DNA of 32,000 bases from assembly GCF_000270205.1 (NCBI RefSeq), contig NC_015913.1, positions 1,260,001 to 1,292,000 of the forward strand, given 5' to 3'. Shown here in pieces: positions 25,254-32,000 of the stretch. The translations under genes were made by a program, and so were the position numbers. The notes beneath the pieces are model-generated. The model did no database searches and was not told the origin of the DNA. It saw only the letters and a list, made by a program, of their open reading frames with translations. The number at the start of each line of letters is the position of its first letter. The stretch's first letter is position 1. The DNA comes from Candidatus Arthromitus sp. SFB-mouse-Japan (GTDB taxonomy: Bacteria; Bacillota; Clostridia; Clostridiales; Clostridiaceae).

Positions 25254-25282
25254 AAGGATAGCATTAAACTAATGCTATCCTT
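25254..25282. terminator. Terminator hairpin after 25286..25912, insulating it from the suf operon.
   Basis: AAGGATAGCATTA (25254..25266), loop aac, TAATGCTATCCTT (25270..25282). T-rich flanks on both strands. Confidence 0.6.
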
Positions 25283-25285
25283 TTA

Positions 25286-25912
25286 TTAAACTACCTCAAT
25301 TAATGGTTTATTCTGTATACTTGACTCTTGATCTTTCAATATTAAATCATTTATTTTTGCTAATTGTACATATGTATTTATATCATCTTCATTTTTAAAA
25401 AACATCAACATTGATAAATCATAATGTGTAAATACCATAATATCTAACTTATCAAAATAGAAACTAGTAAAATGAATTTCTCTAGTACAAAGACTCAAAA
25501 ACATTTTAAAAACACCAAAATCATTAATTTTGTAAACATCCTCATCTCTTATATGCGAACGTAAAATATTTATAAACTTAATTGAATCCTTATAATCCAA
25601 ATCTCTTAACATATATAAAATTTTCATATTATCTATTTTATTTATATTAAAATTACCCACATACATAATTCCCTGATTCAATTTGAAAATATCTTCAAAA
25701 AATCTAAATATTTTATCTTCAAATCTTAAATTATGCTCTAAATTATGCTCAGCAAAATCTAATCTAGTTTTATTATAATTTATTTTATCCCCGTTATTTA
25801 TGTATAATACCTTCAAAAAGTATTCATTAGTTATATTCTCCATCCCAAAATTCATGAAGTCAACAAATTTCTTTGTCGTATCTCTTTCTAGCGTATTAAG
25901 TATATGTAACAT
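25286..25912 (-). CDS. Hypothetical protein (208 aa).
   Basis: ORF track. ATG with an AGGGGG SD. No domain recognised. Confidence 0.6.
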   Translation of the reverse strand: MLHILNTLERDTTKKFVDFMNFGMENITNEYFLKVLYINNGDKINYNKTRLDFAEHNLEHNLRFEDKIFRFFEDIFKLNQGIMYVGNFNINKIDNMKILYMLRDLDYKDSIKFINILRSHIRDEDVYKINDFGVFKMFLSLCTREIHFTSFYFDKLDIMVFTHYDLSMLMFFKNEDDINTYVQLAKINDLILKDQESSIQNKPLIEVV

Positions 25913-26024
25913 AGCTACCCCCTAAATTCCCAATTTTTACCATGTTACATTTATTATACATAATTATACTTTATAAATAAAGTTAAACCGAATACAAAAA
26001 AAATATTATTTTTTACAAAATTTA

Positions 26025-26852
26025 CTAAAAGTGTTCCAATAAATTTTTTATAGCATATGCAACCCCATCTTTATCAAAATCAAGTGTTATAAAATCAGCT
26101 TTTTCTTTTAATTTATCTATTGCATTATTCATGGCAACCTTATATCCACATTCTCTAAACATAGATATATCATTTTCACTATCACCTATGCACATAATAT
26201 CTTTTTTATCTATATCCAGATATTTTCTAAGTTCAATAATTCCTTTTCCTTTTCCTTCACCTTTTTTCAATATCTCAATAGTATTAACCCAAGAGTATTC
26301 TATCTCAAATTCCCCTAATTCCATAACTTTTAGTATTAAATCATTAAGTTTGTTCTGATCATTACTTGAAACAACAACCTTACATATGTTGTCACCATGA
26401 TTTTTAAATACATTATCCCAGGAATCTTCACTATCAATTACTACCTCTTTCATAGAATATTCCTTCTTATCTTCCTCATTATGGTAATCTTCTAATTTAT
26501 TATTAGAGTAAATTGTATCTATTGTAGAATAATGTGTATTAAAATGTTTTTCTCTTACAAATTTATGTATTTTAACTAAAAAATCTACACCAAAAAAGTT
26601 TGAATACACAACTTTATTATTTTCAACATCATATACATATGTTCCATTATTCCCTACCGCATATATAGGTATCCCTAAAACTTTAGAAAAATATAAACAA
26701 TGTATAAATAACCTTCCTGTAACCAATGCTATTTTTATTCCACTATTATATGCTTTATTTATATACTCTATATTGCCCTCAGAAATATTTGAAATATCCT
26801 TAAGTGTAGTACCATCCAAATCCAAACAAATTAATTTTATATTACTATGCAT
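26025..26852 (-). CDS. Cof-type HAD-IIB sugar-phosphatase family hydrolase.
   Basis: Motif I LDLDGTTL and motif IV GDSENDISM, with a cap domain between them. SD AAGGAGG. Confidence 0.8.
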   Translation of the reverse strand: MHSNIKLICLDLDGTTLKDISNISEGNIEYINKAYNSGIKIALVTGRLFIHCLYFSKVLGIPIYAVGNNGTYVYDVENNKVVYSNFFGVDFLVKIHKFVREKHFNTHYSTIDTIYSNNKLEDYHNEEDKKEYSMKEVVIDSEDSWDNVFKNHGDNICKVVVSSNDQNKLNDLILKVMELGEFEIEYSWVNTIEILKKGEGKGKGIIELRKYLDIDKKDIMCIGDSENDISMFRECGYKVAMNNAIDKLKEKADFITLDFDKDGVAYAIKNLLEHF

Positions 26853-26880
26853 AATTAACCTCCTTAATACAAATAAACAC

Positions 26881-27516
26881 TTATAAATCCATACTCAAAC
26901 ACCTTATATTTAACTCACTCAATGCAAAATCCAATAAAACTACAAATACAAATACAAATCCTCTTAAATAATAAACAAAATTAAATAAACAAACACTTAC
27001 TGTTATAAAAATTAAATTTATAAACAACAAATGCCACAGTTCTTTTATTTTATTTTTAATATAATTAAATTTATACCTATCAAATCTCGTATCAACTAAA
27101 TTAAATAATTTAATATTATACATAAAATATATAAATGTTAAAACTATTATCATAAATGCTATCATTAAATATCTGATTCTACTAAAAAACAAACTCATTA
27201 ATAACAAACCTAAAATTATTATCCCTAAAAATAAAAACAGAATAAAATTAATACCTAAAAATTTTTTGATAATATAAATACTTGTTTTAATATAACTATT
27301 ACCTTCCAATATTGAATGTACATTTCTAAACTTAATTCCCTGAATTAAAAGCTGAAATAAATAAATATAAACCATTATGTACACAGTCTTAATAATTGAT
27401 AAATTATTTAAATAAAATTCAACAAAATTTATCAATATAACGCCAATTATATATGAAAATAATATGGCTATTAACTGATTAATTCTAATTAATCTCATTC
27501 TTTTATTATAATCCAT
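26881..27516 (-). CDS. Polytopic membrane protein, function unknown.
   Basis: 211 aa, about six hydrophobic helices, SD AGGGGA. No motif recognised. Confidence 0.55.
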   Translation of the reverse strand: MDYNKRMRLIRINQLIAILFSYIIGVILINFVEFYLNNLSIIKTVYIMVYIYLFQLLIQGIKFRNVHSILEGNSYIKTSIYIIKKFLGINFILFLFLGIIILGLLLMSLFFSRIRYLMIAFMIIVLTFIYFMYNIKLFNLVDTRFDRYKFNYIKNKIKELWHLLFINLIFITVSVCLFNFVYYLRGFVFVFVVLLDFALSELNIRCLSMDL

Positions 27517-27851
27517 TATTTAATCCCCTATCATCTAAAATATATAAAAATTTATATGATCTTAAATGATATTTTTATTCCATACAAAAAAGCACATAGA
27601 CCTATATACTTTTATTTTTTAAATTATTCTATTATTAAATGTTGGTTTAGCTAAAGATAGATCAAACTTATTCCAATTCTTAACCAACTTAATTTTAGTA
27701 AATACATCAGATAAATTAACAGATATCGTTTTTAAGATACTCACAAATAAAATCACAAGTCCTACAAATTCTCCAAAATTATTTTTATCATATAAAAATG
27801 GTAAACTGTATCCATGCTAAGATCCATTATCTATAAAAATTATAAAATCAC

Positions 27852-28019
27852 TTACTTAATAATTCCATATGATGTATCTGTTAACCCTAGTTGTATACTT
27901 AATAAGTTTACAAAATTAGAAATTTCATACTCTTTCCCACTTGCATATGTAAATGACAAAAAGCAAAAACTAAAAATCATAAATCCCAATAATAGTTTCT
28001 TAATAAATCTTAACTTCAT
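27852..28019 (-). CDS. Small secreted peptide (55 aa). Possibly an N-terminal remnant of a DUF4214-like secreted protein.
   Basis: Signal-peptide-like MKLRFIKKLLLGFMIFSFCFLSFTYASG, then EISNFVNLLSIQLGLTDTSYG. The latter resembles the start of the DUF4214-like repeat seen in 28589..29770. I prefer the second ATG (28019). Confidence 0.3.
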   Translation of the reverse strand: MKLRFIKKLLLGFMIFSFCFLSFTYASGKEYEISNFVNLLSIQLGLTDTSYGIIK

Positions 28020-28136
28020 TATATTTTTACCTTTCTTGATCAATTTACCTACATAAGTTACATTTACTAGAAAACATTTACAATAACTTAGTTATTAATT
28101 TTTAAACAAAAAAATAAATAGGTCAAAAAAACCTAT

Positions 28137-28472
28137 TTACTTAATATCAATATTTATAAGAGCAATTGTTACTACATATTCTTTACTATTATTTTCCTTA
28201 TTTAAAACAGATTTTAATTTTATATTAAATACTTTGAAATTATCATTAATATTTATCTTACCTATAAATTCTTCAGCATCTTTTATTATATCTACTTGTT
28301 GAGGAACTTTATTATATACCAATACTAATTTCTTATATTTAAATACTGGAAAATTATTAAAAGTAACGAAATCATTAAATTTTTCATGTTTATCATTAAA
28401 TAATGATTCGCAATTTTTACTATATGAATCATTTAAATTTATTTTAGAGTAATCTTTATCCTCTTTAAACAT
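28137..28472 (-). CDS. Hypothetical protein (111 aa).
   Basis: ORF track, ATG start, weak SD. No domain recognised. Confidence 0.5.
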   Translation of the reverse strand: MFKEDKDYSKINLNDSYSKNCESLFNDKHEKFNDFVTFNNFPVFKYKKLVLVYNKVPQQVDIIKDAEEFIGKININDNFKVFNIKLKSVLNKENNSKEYVVTIALINIDIK

Positions 28473-28588
28473 AATCTAGCTCCAATCTTCATCATTTAAA
28501 ATCTTATTTGAATCTATTTATATTTAAACTACTAATATATCTTATTTTCGTTATAAAAATATATTTACTTTAACTAATTAACTTTATT

Positions 28589-29770
28589 TCAAATCAACGA
28601 TGTGATTACAATTTGAGAATATAAATTAGTCATGAATCTTAATGTATTTCTCACTCTATCTTTTTCATACAAATTATAAACATAGGTATTAGAATCGTCA
28701 AATGTAAATCTAAGTTTAGATAAATCAGAACTCAAAATTTTATTTAAAAGCTTCAAATCTTCTACCGATTCAATTTTAATTTTAAACTCATAAACAGAAA
28801 TTCCTTTTCCTTCATATTTACTTTGATCTGTGTATTCAATCTCCAAATCTATAAATTCATTTCCTAAAATTATATCAGATTTAGTTATTAATTTCCCAAG
28901 ATTCCTAGCAGTAATACTCAATCCTAAAGTTATAAAATCATCATTATTATCAATATCTAATTGTATAAAAGGTGAAATATATACAGATTCTTGTATATCA
29001 TATGGCAACTTAACTTTATAATCAAGAGCATACACAAGTCTCTTTATGTTGTCACTTGATACACTTTTTAACTCCTCATATATTTCATTTTCTGTACTAT
29101 CTGAAAAAATTGGTAACAATGATATTATATCGTTAACATCTAATACATTCTTATCCTCACTAGAATCTTCACTTTGAACAGAAATAGCTTGTTCAAATTC
29201 ATTGAAATCTTTATAAAGGTTATTTATATATTCTATTTTTTTAGGATCGTAATCTTCTCTTAACTCCGCAACTCCCAGATTATTTAAATTTTGAAATTGT
29301 GGCGTAGTTCCAATTTCATATGAAAATTCATTAAAAAAATTCTCATTAAACATTATTTTACAAACTTCATACCTTGCAGAATTTATATCATTTAATTTAT
29401 TGTTCTCTTCCTGTATTTTACTTACCCAATAACTACTTTCTTCTTCACTTGGAACTTTATTTAATAATAATTCATAGATCATATCTATAAATTCCTTATC
29501 ATTTACATTTTTAGATAAAAATTCTTCTCCTGTTACCAAAGAAATCATGTAATTATACAGTGATTCATTATGATTCCCGAGCAAATAACTCCAATGTTCG
29601 ATACCAATATCGTCTAAATTATTCCTATTTAAAAATATTTCGTAACTCTTAATTACAAAATCATTTACAGAATTATATAATTTCTGGGCATTAACCTTAA
29701 TTGAGCCAAAACTTAGTGATAAACAAATAAGTGAACCAAATAATATTTTACAAAATTTCTTCCTTAACAT
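28589..29770 (-). CDS. Secreted protein with DUF4214-like repeats.
   Basis: I moved the start to the ATG at 29770 (SD AAGGAGGA). Signal peptide MLRKKFCKILFGSLICLSLSFGSIKVNA. Two segments fit the DUF4214 pattern (DFVIKSYEIFLNRNNLDDIGIEHWSYLL and EFIDMIYELLLNKVPSEEESSYWVSKI). Confidence 0.6.
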   Translation of the reverse strand: MLRKKFCKILFGSLICLSLSFGSIKVNAQKLYNSVNDFVIKSYEIFLNRNNLDDIGIEHWSYLLGNHNESLYNYMISLVTGEEFLSKNVNDKEFIDMIYELLLNKVPSEEESSYWVSKIQEENNKLNDINSARYEVCKIMFNENFFNEFSYEIGTTPQFQNLNNLGVAELREDYDPKKIEYINNLYKDFNEFEQAISVQSEDSSEDKNVLDVNDIISLLPIFSDSTENEIYEELKSVSSDNIKRLVYALDYKVKLPYDIQESVYISPFIQLDIDNNDDFITLGLSITARNLGKLITKSDIILGNEFIDLEIEYTDQSKYEGKGISVYEFKIKIESVEDLKLLNKILSSDLSKLRFTFDDSNTYVYNLYEKDRVRNTLRFMTNLYSQIVITSLI

Positions 29771-29783
29771 AATTCCTCCTTGA

Positions 29784-30854
29784 TTAAAAATGATACTTTG
29801 AAAAATTAAATTCCTTAATTTCATTTACTGAAAACATATATTCTTCTACCTTAGATGGAGATATTGGAAGAATAAAACTGATCTTACTAAATTTATTTTT
29901 TTTATCCATTAACAATGCTTCATAAAATCTATCTTCATTTAAAACATTATTATCAAATTTTATACCAAAACTTTTTAAAATCTTATCTATGTATGCAAAA
30001 TATGTTTCGTCTATTAAATTAAGTTTAAATGCAATCAAACTCTCATAATACATTCCTATAATTACAGCTTCACCATGAGTATACACTGAATAATTAGTCA
30101 CACTTTCTATAGCATGACCTACAGTATGCCCATGATTTAAAATTTTTCTAATTGACGTATCATACTCATCTCTTTTTATAATATTAATTTTAATCTTACA
30201 GCTTCTTTTTACTATTTCCCTTATAACTTCAATTTCCCCTCTCAATATATCCATAAGGTATATATATATATATGTCAAAAAGTCATACTCACATACTATA
30301 CCATATTTTAAGGCTTCAGCTAATCCAGAAATTATTTCCCTCCTCGATAATCCTTTTAAAAAATTATTATCTATAACAATAAAATGTGGTTGATTAAATG
30401 TTCCAACCAAATTTTTACATCCCGAAACATTAATTGCATTTTTTCCACCAATTGAGCTATCAACTTGAGCAAGAAGAGTGGTTGGTATATTTATAAATTT
30501 TATCCCCCTCATATATATTGATGAAACAAATCCAGCAATATCTCCTACAATTCCTCCACCAATTCCAATCAATACAGAATCTCTTATATATCCATTTTGA
30601 CTTAATATTCTTATAATCTCTATTACTATGTTTATATCTTTGTTCCTTTCCACGCATTCAAACAGATATATATCATGATTTAAATCACTAATTAATTCTT
30701 TCAAATATGTACTATAAAATTTTTCATAAACTATCTTGTCTATAATAAAAAAACATCTCCTATACATCAATATCTCTTTAAGATATTTTAAAGAATCTTC
30801 ACCCACTAATATCGTGCATTTTCTTTGATTTAATTCAAGAATGAATTTTTCCAA
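29784..30854 (-). CDS. aroB: 3-dehydroquinate synthase.
   Basis: GIGGGIVGDIAGFVSS, DSSIGGKN and LNHGHTVGHAIE motifs. TTG start overlapping the aroC end by 25 nt. Confidence 0.9.
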   Translation of the reverse strand: MEKFILELNQRKCTILVGEDSLKYLKEILMYRRCFFIIDKIVYEKFYSTYLKELISDLNHDIYLFECVERNKDINIVIEIIRILSQNGYIRDSVLIGIGGGIVGDIAGFVSSIYMRGIKFINIPTTLLAQVDSSIGGKNAINVSGCKNLVGTFNQPHFIVIDNNFLKGLSRREIISGLAEALKYGIVCEYDFLTYIYIYLMDILRGEIEVIREIVKRSCKIKINIIKRDEYDTSIRKILNHGHTVGHAIESVTNYSVYTHGEAVIIGMYYESLIAFKLNLIDETYFAYIDKILKSFGIKFDNNVLNEDRFYEALLMDKKNKFSKISFILPISPSKVEEYMFSVNEIKEFNFSKYHF

Positions 30855-31963
30855 CTTCTTAACACTTCCTTTAAACTATCTCCGGAAAACTTTCTCAAAA
30901 ATTCCTGACATATAACAGTCATAGCTACACTCTCAGAAACAATTGAAGCTGCAGGTATAACTGTATAATCACTTCTCTCAACACTTGCAAATTCAACCTC
31001 TTTAGACAATATATTTACAGTCTTTATAGGTTTATATAGCGTCGGAATTGGCTTATGGTAACACCTAATCACAATCTCTTCACCATTACTCATACCGCCT
31101 TCAATACCCCCAGCTCTATTAGTAATCCTTCTATAATTTCCATTTTCATATATTATTTCATCATGAGAGTTTGATCCTCTATCCATGAAAGTTTCTAAAC
31201 CATCTCCAAACTCTATGGCCTTCATGGAATTAACACTTATTAAAGCAGATGCCAATAGCCCGTCCAATTTTCTATCATAATGAGTATAGCTCCCAAGCCC
31301 TACAGGTACATTTTTAATCCTTAATTCATAGGATCCTCCTACTGTATCACCCTCCGATTTTATACAATCGATAAGAGATACTATCTCATTCCTCCTCGTT
31401 GTATCCAAAAATCTAAATTCATACTCATCACTTCTCTTAATATCATCAAAACAATAAATATTGCTGTTCTTAATTTTCCCTATGGATAAAACATGAGATG
31501 CACTCTCTATATTAAAATTTCTTAAAAATTGAGTACAAATCGAACCAATAGCTAATCTAGTTGCAGTTTCTCTAGCACTACTTCTTTCAAGAACATTTCT
31601 GCAATCATCAAAATCATATTTAATTATACCACTTAAATCAGCATGTCCTGGTCTAGGTTTTAAAACCCTTTTTGATGAAATATCACAATTTACAGGATCC
31701 ATATATTTCTCCCAATTTTTATAGTCGGCGTTCTTTATAAAAAATGATATAGGCGATCCCAATGTTTTTGAATTCCTTATACCAGATATAAACTCAATTT
31801 TATCACTTTCAATTTTCATCCTATCTCCACGACCATAAGAAGATTGCCTTTTTTCTAAAACATTATTTATTTCATTTTCATCTATGTAAACATTAGATGG
31901 TAATCCCTCTATAATCCCAATAAGACCCTTCCCATGCGACTCGCCAGCAGTAAAATATCTCAT
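30830..31963 (-). CDS. aroC: Chorismate synthase.
   Basis: N-terminal MRYFTAGESHG, GRGDRMKIE, RPGHADL and SARETA motifs. Confidence 0.92.
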   Translation of the reverse strand: MRYFTAGESHGKGLIGIIEGLPSNVYIDENEINNVLEKRQSSYGRGDRMKIESDKIEFISGIRNSKTLGSPISFFIKNADYKNWEKYMDPVNCDISSKRVLKPRPGHADLSGIIKYDFDDCRNVLERSSARETATRLAIGSICTQFLRNFNIESASHVLSIGKIKNSNIYCFDDIKRSDEYEFRFLDTTRRNEIVSLIDCIKSEGDTVGGSYELRIKNVPVGLGSYTHYDRKLDGLLASALISVNSMKAIEFGDGLETFMDRGSNSHDEIIYENGNYRRITNRAGGIEGGMSNGEEIVIRCYHKPIPTLYKPIKTVNILSKEVEFASVERSDYTVIPAASIVSESVAMTVICQEFLRKFSGDSLKEVLRSWKNSFLN

Positions 31964-32000
31964 ACTAATCCACCTTACCTTAAAACATAGTTTAAAATAT

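Noticed and set aside
27814-28056. 80-aa plus-strand ORF.
   Set aside because: It is antisense to a small ORF that has a signal-peptide-like N-terminus. It has no SD and an implausible sequence.

Overview
Very AT-rich Firmicute (Clostridia-like) chromosome. I cannot name the species from sequence alone. The window has two parts.

(A) 1..~9357 is visibly more G+C-rich. By-eye counts give about 40% on sampled lines near the left edge, against about 15-30% on sampled core lines. It looks like the terminal part of an integrated mobile element that abuts the stop codon of the 23S rRNA methyltransferase gene rumA/rlmD. Its contents are:
- a truncated sigma-70 region-4-like regulator preceded by a structured leader that looks like an attenuator or riboswitch;
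- a 47-aa basic ORF missing from the ORF track;
- a 277-aa protein of unknown function and a 936-aa protein (novel ~520-aa N-terminus fused to an SF1 RecD-like helicase core), followed by a translationally coupled small XRE HTH gene;
- an R-M module made of a single-HKD phospholipase-D (NgoFVII/NgoAVII-family) nuclease converging on an HTH - C5-MTase - C5-MTase operon.

Best candidate for a new system: the helicase module together with, or next to, the PLD nuclease and twin C5-methylase module. Characterised PLD-B3 restriction enzymes need a separately encoded ATP motor. None of the canonical type is present here.

(B) 9358..32000 is ordinary core genome:
- rlmD, a degenerate Fe-ADH-fold protein and a HAD phosphatase;
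- two tandem divergent methyl-accepting chemotaxis proteins;
- a Na+-translocating oxaloacetate decarboxylase operon (alpha / gamma / separate biotin carrier / beta);
- sufCBDSU;
- several hypothetical, membrane or secreted proteins;
- aroC-aroB.

No rRNA, tRNA or CRISPR array was seen. CDS coordinates include the stop codon. Several starts were moved from the ORF-track value on SD evidence.
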